Below are positions 41,878-50,813 of a stretch of 64,000 nt of DNA, piece by piece. The notes below the pieces were generated by a model. It ran no database searches, was not told where the DNA came from, and saw nothing but the letters and a program-made list of their open reading frames with translations. Origin of the DNA: an uncultured delta proteobacterium (GTDB taxonomy: Bacteria > Desulfobacterota > Binatia > UBA9968); contig CAVXEP010000016.1 of the NCBI GenBank assembly GCA_963760795.1, positions 160,395 to 224,394 of the forward strand, read 5' to 3'. Both the position numbers and the translations under genes were made by a program. The stretch's first letter is position 1; each line of letters begins with the position of its first letter.

Positions 41878-42872
41878 TGGACAATCGCCTTCGTGCTAGC
41901 GTTGCGATCGTACTTTTGCTGCTCGCTCTCGGCATCTCGCCGGCCCAGGCGCAAAAGCTGGTCATTGCCTGGACTGCGGTGAGCGCGTTCAACGCGCCGT
42001 TTTGGATCATGAACGACGCAGGATTCTACAAAGAAGAAGGTTTGGACGTCGATACCATGTATATCGCCAGCTCGCCGGTGGCGGCGAAAGCGACGCTGGC
42101 CGGTGATGTCGTTATTAGCGCGCAAAATAGCCAGGTGATTGCGGACTCGGGGCTCCAAGGCGGCGACTTGGTGGCGATCGGGGCGACGGTGAATATCGTG
42201 CCTTTCTATGTTATGGCCGCGCCTGAGATAAAAACCGTCGCCGACCTCAAAGGCAAAACTATCGGTGTCTCGCGTTTTGGCGCAGCCACTGACTTCGGTA
42301 TGCGCATGTTTCTGGCCAAGCATGGGCTCGAAGCTCATAAGGATGTAGCGTTCATTCAAATCGGCGGCATGCCCGAGATCGCCGCGGCGCTGTCCAAGAA
42401 GCTTATCGCGGCGGCGCCAATGTCTTATCCGATGGTCTATGTCGCTGAACAGGGAGGGGCAAAGGTGCTGGCCAATCTCGCCAAGGATGAGATTCCCTTC
42501 GTTCACTTGACTCTGACGACCACCAAACGCTTCGTCAAAGAAAGGCGGCCGGCTGCGAAAGCTTTTTTGCGCGCCTACGGCAAGGCGATGCATTTCATTT
42601 ACAACCGACCGGCTGAGACGAAGACGATATTCGCTAAATACACCAAGGTCACTGATCCAAGAATCCTCGACGGCAGCTTGAAATACGGCTACGAGTTTAT
42701 GGAGAAGGTCCCGTTCGTTAAAGCTGCTGGATTCCAGGTAACTCTCGATGAGATCGCCCGGACCAACCCCAAGGCGAAACAAGCCAAGCCGGGCCAGTTC
42801 TACGACAACAGTCTTGTTCAAGAATTGGTCGATGAAGGATTCTTCGTGAAATTATGGGGGCGCAATCCGTAA
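41877..42872 (+). CDS. ABC-type substrate-binding protein (tandem copy B)
   Basis: Close paralogue of the upstream gene; TGATG overlap. Confidence 0.87.
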   Translation: MDNRLRASVAIVLLLLALGISPAQAQKLVIAWTAVSAFNAPFWIMNDAGFYKEEGLDVDTMYIASSPVAAKATLAGDVVISAQNSQVIADSGLQGGDLVAIGATVNIVPFYVMAAPEIKTVADLKGKTIGVSRFGAATDFGMRMFLAKHGLEAHKDVAFIQIGGMPEIAAALSKKLIAAAPMSYPMVYVAEQGGAKVLANLAKDEIPFVHLTLTTTKRFVKERRPAAKAFLRAYGKAMHFIYNRPAETKTIFAKYTKVTDPRILDGSLKYGYEFMEKVPFVKAAGFQVTLDEIARTNPKAKQAKPGQFYDNSLVQELVDEGFFVKLWGRNP

Positions 42873-42881
42873 ACCGGAATA

Positions 42882-43184
42882 CTCACCACGAAGAACACGA
42901 AGTTCGGAATAACCAGCCTCCGAAACCTTCGTGTCCTGCGTCAGATCCTTCGAAAATACTTGTGAGAGGATGATATGTACAACGAAGAGCCTCCGGTGTT
43001 CCGTCATACCCGCGAAAGCGGGTATCCAGGCCCATCATCCGCCTGGATACCGTTTTTCAACGGTATGACGGACAGTGTCCGTCACCTGGATTCCCGCGTG
43101 CGCGGGAATGACGAATCGAGGAGGGAGCAGAGCCATTTTCATGCTTGTAGGCGAGCGCGAGCTCATGGACACTTCGAGGTGAAA
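42882..43184. repeat. CACCACGAAG-family element interrupted by an insertion containing the GTCAT composite
   Basis: TCACCACGAAGAACACGAAG...CCTTCGTGTCC [insert] CTTCGAGGTGAA. Confidence 0.5.
43003..43112 (-). repeat. ~110-bp composite GTCAT-hairpin element (copy 2, best preserved)
   Basis: Reverse complement reads GTCATTCCCGCGCACGCGGGAATCCAGGTGACGGACACTGTCCGTCATACCGTTGAAAAACGGTATCCAGGCGGATGATGGGCCTGGATACCCGCTTTCGCGGGTATGAC. Confidence 0.85.
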
Positions 43185-43227
43185 TGAATTGGCGATGTGT
43201 TAAATTGGCCAGTCCTTGGGGAGCAAG

Positions 43228-44328
43228 ATGCTTTTTCTCAACAACGATGACGTGAAACAAGTGCTGACCATGGAACTCACCATGAATGCGCTGGACAAGG
43301 CGTATCGGGAACTGGCGCGCCAGGAAGCGGTCTGCCGGCCGCGCATCGATATTCAAATTCCGACCACGGACCCGGAGAAAATTTATCAGTGGGGCACCAT
43401 GGAAGGCGGCTCCATGTCCGGTTACTTCGCCATCCGCATGAAATCTGACGTGATCTACGAGCAGGAGTATCAAGGCGCGATCACTCAGGAAAAATACTGC
43501 GTGCGGCCCGGCAACTTTTGCGGCTTGATTCTCTTGAATAGCATCGAGAACGGCGAGCCGCTGGCGCTGATCAATGACGGCTATCTGCAGCATATGCGGG
43601 TCGGCGCCGACTCCGGCATCGGCGCCAAATACATGGCGCGGGAAGATGCCAGCGTCGTTGGCATGATCGGCTCCGGCGGCATGGCGCGCTCCCATGTCGA
43701 GTCGTTTCTGCAGGCGCGCAAAATTAAAAAAATTCAGGTCTACAGTCCGACCAAGGCAAACCGCGAAGCCTACGCCAAGGAAATCAGCGTGGAATTCGGT
43801 CTCGAAGTCGTGCCGATGAGCCATCCGCGCGACGTTTACAAAGGCGCGCATATCGTCGCCGGTTGCACCGACTCCGCCGTGCCCATCGTCATCGGCAAAT
43901 GGCTGGAAGAGGGAACTCATGTCACCTGCGTCGGCGGCAAACCGGACGAAGACACTTTGAAGCGCATCGATGTCTCGCTGCGACTGGGCACGGCACCGGC
44001 GCCTTGGGGGCTGCCGGAATTCGCTCTCGCCGATGAGTACATCACCTACGCGGCCAAGCCCAAAGACAATGCCGGCTTTCAAATGAAGCGTGCCGGCAAT
44101 CGCGGCCATGGCGTCATCGCCGAAGATCGCGCGCTGTTTTTCTCGGAGATACTTAGCGGGGCGAAAAAGGGGCGAAGCTCCGACAAACAAGTGACGTACT
44201 CAGAGCGCGGCAATATTCAGGGCGCGCAATTTTTTGCCGTGGCCGGGAAGGTCTACGAGCTCGCTAAGGAGCGCGGTCTCGGACGCGAGCTGCCGACCGA
44301 GTGGTTCTTGCAGGATATACGGGATTAA
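43228..44328 (+). CDS. ornithine cyclodeaminase/mu-crystallin family protein
   Basis: MRVGADSGIGAKYMARE, GMIGSGGMA, VYSPT, GAQFFAV. Confidence 0.85.
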   Translation: MLFLNNDDVKQVLTMELTMNALDKAYRELARQEAVCRPRIDIQIPTTDPEKIYQWGTMEGGSMSGYFAIRMKSDVIYEQEYQGAITQEKYCVRPGNFCGLILLNSIENGEPLALINDGYLQHMRVGADSGIGAKYMAREDASVVGMIGSGGMARSHVESFLQARKIKKIQVYSPTKANREAYAKEISVEFGLEVVPMSHPRDVYKGAHIVAGCTDSAVPIVIGKWLEEGTHVTCVGGKPDEDTLKRIDVSLRLGTAPAPWGLPEFALADEYITYAAKPKDNAGFQMKRAGNRGHGVIAEDRALFFSEILSGAKKGRSSDKQVTYSERGNIQGAQFFAVAGKVYELAKERGLGRELPTEWFLQDIRD

Positions 44329-44363
44329 GGCTCCGGCCATCAGGAATTCTTGAACCAGCTGTT

Positions 44364-44387
44364 GTCGGAGCGACCGGCGGGTCGCCC
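44364..44387 (+). repeat. REP-like hairpin (GTAG-family variant)
   Basis: GTCGGAGCGACCGGCGGGTCGCCC. Confidence 0.5.
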
Positions 44388-44440
44388 GTGCCCTTACCCT
44401 AACCCGCAAGCGGGAGCGGCGAACCGTTTCGAGGTTATTC

Positions 44441-45532
44441 ATGCCATTATTTCTCAACAACGACGAAGTCGAGCAGTTGATCACCATGAAGGACACGATG
44501 GAGGCCTTGGAGATTCTCTATCGTGAAATGGGCCAGGGTGTGGCGGTCACTGCGCCCCGGTCCGATGTTCATAGTCCGACTGCTGCGGCAGCGAACGCCG
44601 AGGGGCCGATGGCGCACTATTTGAAAAGCATGAGCGGCGCCAGTCCGCACTTTGGCACCGCGGCGCTGCGCTTTTCCTCCGACATCGTCGCCTGGCGCGA
44701 CACCGCCGGTGGCATGCGCCGGGAGAAGCTACCGATGCTGCCGGGGCAGCGCTGGATGGGAGTGATTCTACTTTTCAGTTCGGCCAACGGTGAACTGCTG
44801 GCGGTGATGAACGACGGCGTGTTGCAACGCTTCCGCGTCGGCGGCGCCAACGGCGTGTCGACCAAATACCTGGCGCGGGCCAATGCCGAAACCGTCGGCC
44901 TGATCGGTTCCGGCTGGCAGGCCGGCACCCAGGTGTTAGCCGTGTGCGAGGCGCGCAAGATCAAGCGCATCAAAGTCTACAGTCCGACCAAAGCCAACCG
45001 GGAAAATTTCGCCAAAGAAACCAGCGCCAAGGTTGGCGTCGAAATCATCCCGGTGGACTCCTATGAGGCGGCGGCCAAGGATGTCGACATCCTGATCACG
45101 TCGACCAATGCGCGCAAGCCATTTCTCGGCAAATCCGTGCTACGCGAAGGCTTGCACATCAGCGCCATGCAGCGCGATGAATTCGACGACGAAGCGTTGA
45201 TGACCTGCCAACCGTTGGTGCTGCACACGCATTCGACTGAGAACAATGTGACTTCGTCGGCGCTGGCCCATTTCGAGCGCGACGATTTCACCTTGCGCGA
45301 CCACCCGACGACGCGCTCCATCGATTGGCAGTCTCTGCCGACCTTGCCGGATCTCCTTTGCGGCCGGATCAAGGGACGCGAACACGACCGGCAAATCACC
45401 GGCTTCGTCAATAACATCGGTATGGGCGCGCAGTTCGCAGCGGTGGGGAAGAAAGTTTACGACGCGGCGCGGGCGAAAGGCTTGGGACGAGAAGTGCCTG
45501 GGGAGTGGTTTACCCAGGATGTGCATCCGTGA
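44441..45532 (+). CDS. ornithine cyclodeaminase/mu-crystallin family protein (paralogue)
   Basis: FRVGGANGVSTKYLAR, GLIGSGWQA, VYSPT, GMGAQFAAV. Confidence 0.85.
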   Translation: MPLFLNNDEVEQLITMKDTMEALEILYREMGQGVAVTAPRSDVHSPTAAAANAEGPMAHYLKSMSGASPHFGTAALRFSSDIVAWRDTAGGMRREKLPMLPGQRWMGVILLFSSANGELLAVMNDGVLQRFRVGGANGVSTKYLARANAETVGLIGSGWQAGTQVLAVCEARKIKRIKVYSPTKANRENFAKETSAKVGVEIIPVDSYEAAAKDVDILITSTNARKPFLGKSVLREGLHISAMQRDEFDDEALMTCQPLVLHTHSTENNVTSSALAHFERDDFTLRDHPTTRSIDWQSLPTLPDLLCGRIKGREHDRQITGFVNNIGMGAQFAAVGKKVYDAARAKGLGREVPGEWFTQDVHP

Positions 45533-45584
45533 TCGGAATGTTTGGCGTCGGGTCGGGATTTGGGGTTGTCGCGAGAGGGTTTCG

Positions 45585-46577
45585 ATGAAGAAATCTATTC
45601 GGGATCTTTTTCTGATCGTCTTGCTGCTGGTTCCTCAGATCGCGTTCACGCAGAATAAGTTTCTCCTCGGTTACTCCTCCTTCAGTTCCAATCAAACGCC
45701 GCTTTGGGTAGCTAAAGAAGAGGGGCTGTTCAAACGTTACGGCAGCGACCCCGATTTGATTCTTATTGAAGGCGGCACAAGAGGAGCCCAGGCGTTGATC
45801 TCCGGCGACGTACCGATTATGGGAATGTCGGGACAGCCGGTGATTAGCGCGCGGGCACGGGGCGCGGATCTAACCATGTTTGCCGGCATGGTTAACAAGA
45901 TGAATTATATCTTGGTAACGTCAGCGGCGATCAAGAAACCCGAAGATCTCAAAGGCAAACGCATTGGCGCGGCGCAAGCCGGCACGGCGTCTTACCATGC
46001 GGTGTCACTTGGCCTGAAGCACTGGGGCCTCGACGCCCGGCGCGACCGCATCACGATTCTTCAATTGGGCAATCAAGCGGCGCGGGTCGGTTCGTTGCAG
46101 TCCGGCGGCAGCGACGCGATCATCGTCAATCCCGGTCTCGGGCCGGTGCTGAAGGAACGTGGCAATTCGATCCTGGCCGATTTCACCGAGCTGCCGATTC
46201 CCTATCCGCAGCAGACCATGAGCATTCGGGAACGAACGATCAAGAATGACCCAGAGTTTGTCGAGCGCGCGCTCAAAGGCATCGTGGCCGGCAATAGTTT
46301 CAGTCTCGACCCGCGTAACAAGGAACGGGTCAAGCAAGTCATCGCCAAGTATTTAAGACTCGATCGAGTTGAGAAGGCTGAGGAGCATTATCAATCAGCG
46401 CTCAAAGTGCTGCCGCCAAAACCTTATGTCGATAGCGCCGGCATCGCGTCGATGATCGAATTCATCGCCGAATCGGACCCGTTGGTGGCAAAGATCAAAC
46501 CTGATATGGTGATCAATCATTCGATCCTGAAAAAACTCGACGACAGTGGCTTCATCGATCAGTTAGCAAAGCGATGA
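45585..46577 (+). CDS. ABC-type substrate-binding protein (NMT1/SsuA-like)
   Basis: Signal peptide, LWVAKEEGLFKRYG, DLKGKRIG, LDDSGFIDQL. Confidence 0.85.
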   Translation: MKKSIRDLFLIVLLLVPQIAFTQNKFLLGYSSFSSNQTPLWVAKEEGLFKRYGSDPDLILIEGGTRGAQALISGDVPIMGMSGQPVISARARGADLTMFAGMVNKMNYILVTSAAIKKPEDLKGKRIGAAQAGTASYHAVSLGLKHWGLDARRDRITILQLGNQAARVGSLQSGGSDAIIVNPGLGPVLKERGNSILADFTELPIPYPQQTMSIRERTIKNDPEFVERALKGIVAGNSFSLDPRNKERVKQVIAKYLRLDRVEKAEEHYQSALKVLPPKPYVDSAGIASMIEFIAESDPLVAKIKPDMVINHSILKKLDDSGFIDQLAKR

Positions 46578-46682
46578 AGCGGCGATCGATGCAGAGTTCA
46601 GTGGGGAGGGAAAAACAGTTCTTTGAAGTGCAGGGCGCTATGCCAGGGACAGTTGGAAATCCGAATTAGCTCTAGTGAGCAA

Positions 46683-46710
46683 AGTTTACATAATATATCT
46701 TATCAGACCT
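46683..46710 (-). other. dif: dif site (XerC/XerD chromosome dimer resolution site)
   Basis: Minus strand AGGTCTGATAA-GATATA-TTATGTAAACT, an 11-6-11 layout with a TTATGT XerD arm. It is an AT-rich island between convergent genes, with KOPS GGGGAGGG 80 bp upstream. Confidence 0.85.
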
Positions 46711-46724
46711 AATCTAAAGGCAAC

Positions 46725-47411
46725 TTATTTCGCCGCAGGTTTCACCGGCGCTTTGTTCTCAAGCTCGGCTACTTTAGCGCTCAGTATCGAAGTCGGCTGG
46801 TCTTTGACGTATTCCTTATAGGCCGCTAACGCCCCGGCTGCATCGCCGGTCTTTTCCAAACACCGTGCTTTACCGAGTAATGCTTCGTCTTGCTGAGCTG
46901 CGGCAATTTTCCGCGCTTCGTTATAAGACTCGATAGCTTGGCGACAGTCGTTCTTTTGCTCCGCGGCGTTAGCCAGTGCCATTAAAGCTAACTGACGGTA
47001 CAGCGTGTTGGGCTGGCTCGCTGTAACCGCGCGCTGACCCGAACTCAACGCCTTGTCGAGTTCGCCCAACGCGATATGGCTGTTGGCTTGATAAAGATGG
47101 GCCAAGCCGGCGTAACGCGACCAGCGGTATGACTGAACCTTTTCGAAGGCGGTCAGCGCCTCGCGGTACTTCTCGGCTTGATACAGCGCCGTAGCGTCGG
47201 TGAACTCCAGCGCCGCCGCGTCATTTTGCCTTTCCTTAAAAAGCTGCCAGCCCAGGATTCCCAGACCGATCAGCACTAGCACTCCGACCACGGCGAAGAC
47301 GAGATTCTTGTGCGATTGGAAATATTCCAGCGCCTTTTCAGTGGCCACTTGAAAGCGATCAGGCTGGCGCAGTTCTTTACGGGTGATTCTTCTCGATTGT
47401 GTCGTAGCCAT
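46725..47411 (-). CDS. YfgM-like tetratricopeptide-repeat membrane protein
   Basis: RITRKELRQPDRF N-terminus, single TM helix, TPR-like helices. Confidence 0.75.
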   Translation of the reverse strand: MATTQSRRITRKELRQPDRFQVATEKALEYFQSHKNLVFAVVGVLVLIGLGILGWQLFKERQNDAAALEFTDATALYQAEKYREALTAFEKVQSYRWSRYAGLAHLYQANSHIALGELDKALSSGQRAVTASQPNTLYRQLALMALANAAEQKNDCRQAIESYNEARKIAAAQQDEALLGKARCLEKTGDAAGALAAYKEYVKDQPTSILSAKVAELENKAPVKPAAK

Positions 47412-47481
47412 TGGATCCAAATGGGTTTGCGCGAATTTCGCAACAATAACTTGAACTAAGGATTGGATCGGCGTGATCGCA

Positions 47482-48010
47482 CTACTGCTTGTACTTGAAA
47501 TCGTCAGGGGTCATCTTCTCGAGGATTTCGCCCCATTTTTCTTGAGACACGTTGGAGACGTTCTCCACCGGCAGCTCTTTAGATTCGTCCTGCTGCAAGA
47601 TGCTGGATGCTTCCAGCACGGCTTTGGCAACGTAGATAGGACACTTGGCCCGCAGTGCCAGCGCGATGGCATCGCTGGGGCGTGAGTCGAGCATAAGTTG
47701 GCGCCCGCCCGCGCAGGGTCAGATTGATCGCTGCGTAGTAAGTATTTTCTTTGAGTTCGGTGATCTCGATAGACTGCACCGAACAGCCGACTTCGCCCAA
47801 CAAGGTCTTGAGCAAATCGTGGGTCATCGGCCGCGCCATGGTGATGCCCTCAATCTCAGTCGCCATGGCGGTGGCTTCCAGGAGGCCGATCCAGATCGGC
47901 AGATTGAGTTTATTTTCCGTATCTTTGAGGATCACGATGGGAGTTTTGGTAACCGGGTCGAGGGTTAAACCGCCGACGGACATCTCGATACAGTCTGGTT
48001 TCGCGCTCAT
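47482..48010 (-). CDS. bifunctional nuclease family protein (DUF151), frameshift near 47705
   Basis: LPIWIGLLEA, RPMTHDL, DSRPSDAIALALR, PDDFKYKQ. Confidence 0.87.
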
Positions 48011-49374
48011 TGCCTATCCCCTTCTTGCTGGGATTCTATCGCAGCATTAGCGCACATCAACTCGCCGAGCAATGAGTTGGCGGTGGCGCCGATAATCCGG
48101 ACTTGAACGAATTCACCGATCAAACTGGTAGAACCGGTGAGGTTGACGATACGGTTGGCGCGGGTGCGGCCCATGATTTGTTCGGCTTTAAGTTTGGACG
48201 TTCCCTCGACCAGTACTTCTTCGCGATCGCCTATGCGCTGGCGATTTTTCGCCAGAGAGATTTCACGTTGCAAGGTTTGCACAATTTTAAGACGCTCTCT
48301 TTTTACTTCGTTGGGAACATCGTCGGAATAAATTTTCGCGGAGACCGTCTGCGGCCGCGGTGAATATATGAACGAGTAAATATCATCGTACTCCACCGCG
48401 CGCAGTAATTCTAGCGTCTCGGCAAATTCGCCATCGGTTTCGCCGGGAAAGCCGACGATGATGTCGGTGCTCAGCGCCACTTTCGGACGACGATCGCGCA
48501 GACGATAGAGCCGGGACAAATACTCAGCCTTGGTATAGCCACGGCGCATGCGCGCCAGAACCGTGTCCGAACCCGATTGCACCGGCAAATGCAGGTGCTC
48601 GCACAAATTTTGCAGCGTGGCGAAATCCTCGATCAGTTCGGGCGACAAATCTTGCGGGTGGGAAGTGGTAAAGCGAATGCGCCGCAAACCGTCGATCCGG
48701 TCGACCTGGGCGAGCAGCTCGGCAAAGCTCAACTCGCCAGGCGTGAGCTTGCCGTAGGAATTGACATTTTGGCCGAGCAACATGACTTCCTTGACGCCGT
48801 GGCGCGCCAGAGATTCGATTTCAGCGAGAATTTTTGCGCTGGGCCGGCTCACTTCGCGGCCGCGCACATGGGGCACGATGCAGAAACTGCACACTTTGTT
48901 GCAGCCTTGCATGATCGTCACAAAAGCTTTGACGCCGTCAACTTGCGTCCGCAGTTCAACTTCGTCCATATAAGCCGGATCGCGGTAGAAAGCGGTCTCC
49001 ACCGGCCGTGCCCGGCCATTTTCCACCTGCTCGATCATCTCCGGCAGTTTATGAATGTTGTGGGTGCCGAAAACTAAATCTAAATGGGGGATGCGCTTTA
49101 AAAGATTTTCGCCTTCCTGTTGCGCCACGCAACCGCCGACGCCGATGATGACGCCATCGCGGTAGTTCTTGAATTCTTTCCAACTGCCGAGCGCGCTGTA
49201 AACTTTTTGTTCCGCCTTGTCGCGCACGCTGCAAGTGTTGAGCAGGATCACATCCGCGCCATCGATACGGTCGGTTTGGACGTAGTCTTTGAGCGCCAGG
49301 ACCTGGGCGATCTTCTCGGAATCGTACTGGTTCATCTGGCAGCCGTAGGTCTGGATGAAAAGCTTTTTCGGCAT
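48007..49374 (-). CDS. miaB: tRNA-2-methylthio-N6-dimethylallyladenosine synthase
   Basis: TYGCQMN, NTCSVR, GGCVAQ, CNKVCSFC radical-SAM motif, FTTSHP, TRAM domain. Confidence 0.95.
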   Translation of the reverse strand: MPKKLFIQTYGCQMNQYDSEKIAQVLALKDYVQTDRIDGADVILLNTCSVRDKAEQKVYSALGSWKEFKNYRDGVIIGVGGCVAQQEGENLLKRIPHLDLVFGTHNIHKLPEMIEQVENGRARPVETAFYRDPAYMDEVELRTQVDGVKAFVTIMQGCNKVCSFCIVPHVRGREVSRPSAKILAEIESLARHGVKEVMLLGQNVNSYGKLTPGELSFAELLAQVDRIDGLRRIRFTTSHPQDLSPELIEDFATLQNLCEHLHLPVQSGSDTVLARMRRGYTKAEYLSRLYRLRDRRPKVALSTDIIVGFPGETDGEFAETLELLRAVEYDDIYSFIYSPRPQTVSAKIYSDDVPNEVKRERLKIVQTLQREISLAKNRQRIGDREEVLVEGTSKLKAEQIMGRTRANRIVNLTGSTSLIGEFVQVRIIGATANSLLGELMCANAAIESQQEGDRQ

Positions 49375-49378
49375 AACG

Positions 49379-50785
49379 CTAGGGCACGATCAAATCGACG
49401 ATCTTATAAAGTTGATTGATGCTGCGGCATTCCTCCGCGATATGGCAATGGGGCGCGTAGCGCGGCATCTCGCTGTCGCCGATACCCCAGGTCATGCGGC
49501 TTTCCGGATTGAGCCAGATCAACTGCTTGGCCTTTTGTTTGACTTCGCGCAGCACCCATTCGTTGGGACGGTTATAATTGTTGCGTCCGTCGCCGATCAC
49601 CAACACGGTGGTCTTGCTGGTGATCGAGGCGAAAAAGTTGCGGTGGAACTGCTCGAAGGCGCGGCCGAAATTCGAATGGGAGAAAACGTCGATGACATCC
49701 CCTTTCAAAGCGGTCTCAACGGCGGTCTGGATGTCATGTTCTTCGAAGAGCTTGGTGACCTCGCCGATCTCGGCGACGAAGACAAAACTGCGCACCTTGG
49801 CGTAGAGATCCTGGATGGAATAGACGAACTGCAGCATGAAACGCGACGCGTTCAACACCGAGTCGGAAATATCGCACAGCACCATCACCTGCGGCTTGGT
49901 CTTTTTGCGCCGGTCGAGTTGAATCAGAAAAGGCACGCCGCCGTATTGCATGTTTTTACGCAAGGTCGCTTTGACGTCGAAGCGGCCACGGGCGGCTCTT
50001 TTGCGCCGCACCGACAAGCGGTTTTTCAAGCGCTGCGCCAGGCGCGTCACGGCGTCGTTCATGCGCCGGATATCGTCTTCGGTGTAGAAAGAAAAACTCT
50101 TGTCCGCCAGCGCGCTGCGCTGGGAGTAATCGCGCGGTTCAGCGCCCTGTTTGCGCTGCTCCTGCTGGATCACTTCGCGCAACAGCCGGTTCAAGTCGCG
50201 CATGCGCTCGTCTAAATAGCGCATGACGTTTTGCAGATCCTCGCCGTTCTCGCCGAGCATTTGCAGCATGCCGCGGAAGCGCTCGATCTCGCTCTGCACC
50301 CGGTCGAGCCCGAGGCGCATCATCATGCGCGTGTAGGGCGTATGGCGCAGGCTGTCGGCGGTGCCGTCTTGAGTCTCCTGCTGCATCGCTTCGCGCAGCA
50401 GGCGCTCCAGCTCGGCGCGGTTGTTGTTGAGCAGCGCCTTGGTGAGCTCGGATAGGTCGCCTTCCATTTCCTTCAAAAGTTTCTGGATCTGCTCGAGCAT
50501 CTCCTGAAACTTTTCCGGCGATAGCCCGAGCTCTTCCATGATCTTGCGGTCGATGGCGTCGAGGGCCTGGCCGATGCCGAGGAAAAAATAATCAAACAAT
50601 TCGTCGAAGGGTTTCTGGTCGCTGGTGCGCTTGATCAGAGTGGTGCGCAAGGCATTGCGAAACATTTGCGGGTCAGCGATGCCGATCAGCTCCAGCGCGC
50701 GGAACGCGTCCATGTTTTCCGACAACGACACCCGGATGCCGTTGCGGCGCAAAACATTGGCGAACTCGATAACCCGCGCTTGCAT
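49379..50785 (-). CDS. VWA-domain CoxE-like protein
   Basis: CDISDS MIDAS, GDGRNN, WLNPE, long helical N-terminus. Confidence 0.85.
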   Translation of the reverse strand: MQARVIEFANVLRRNGIRVSLSENMDAFRALELIGIADPQMFRNALRTTLIKRTSDQKPFDELFDYFFLGIGQALDAIDRKIMEELGLSPEKFQEMLEQIQKLLKEMEGDLSELTKALLNNNRAELERLLREAMQQETQDGTADSLRHTPYTRMMMRLGLDRVQSEIERFRGMLQMLGENGEDLQNVMRYLDERMRDLNRLLREVIQQEQRKQGAEPRDYSQRSALADKSFSFYTEDDIRRMNDAVTRLAQRLKNRLSVRRKRAARGRFDVKATLRKNMQYGGVPFLIQLDRRKKTKPQVMVLCDISDSVLNASRFMLQFVYSIQDLYAKVRSFVFVAEIGEVTKLFEEHDIQTAVETALKGDVIDVFSHSNFGRAFEQFHRNFFASITSKTTVLVIGDGRNNYNRPNEWVLREVKQKAKQLIWLNPESRMTWGIGDSEMPRYAPHCHIAEECRSINQLYKIVDLIVP

Positions 50786-50813
50786 AGTCTTGGTGAACGC
50801 CGCGCTCTAGCGG

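Noticed and set aside
42882-43184. Clustered palindromic repeats as a CRISPR array
   Set aside because: Units are inverted and degenerate with conserved spacers, there is no regular repeat-spacer period, and no cas genes are present.
41805-44190. Long antisense ORFs (also 4814-5650, 11358-12311, 49355-50215, 51054-51800)
   Set aside because: They are shadows of well-supported genes on the opposite strand, common in GC-rich DNA, and show no recognisable motifs.
7810-48010. Programmed ribosomal frameshifting or mass pseudogenisation explaining the split genes
   Set aside because: No shared slippery motif, breaks at scattered positions including signal peptides, and compensated pairs all favour sequencing error.
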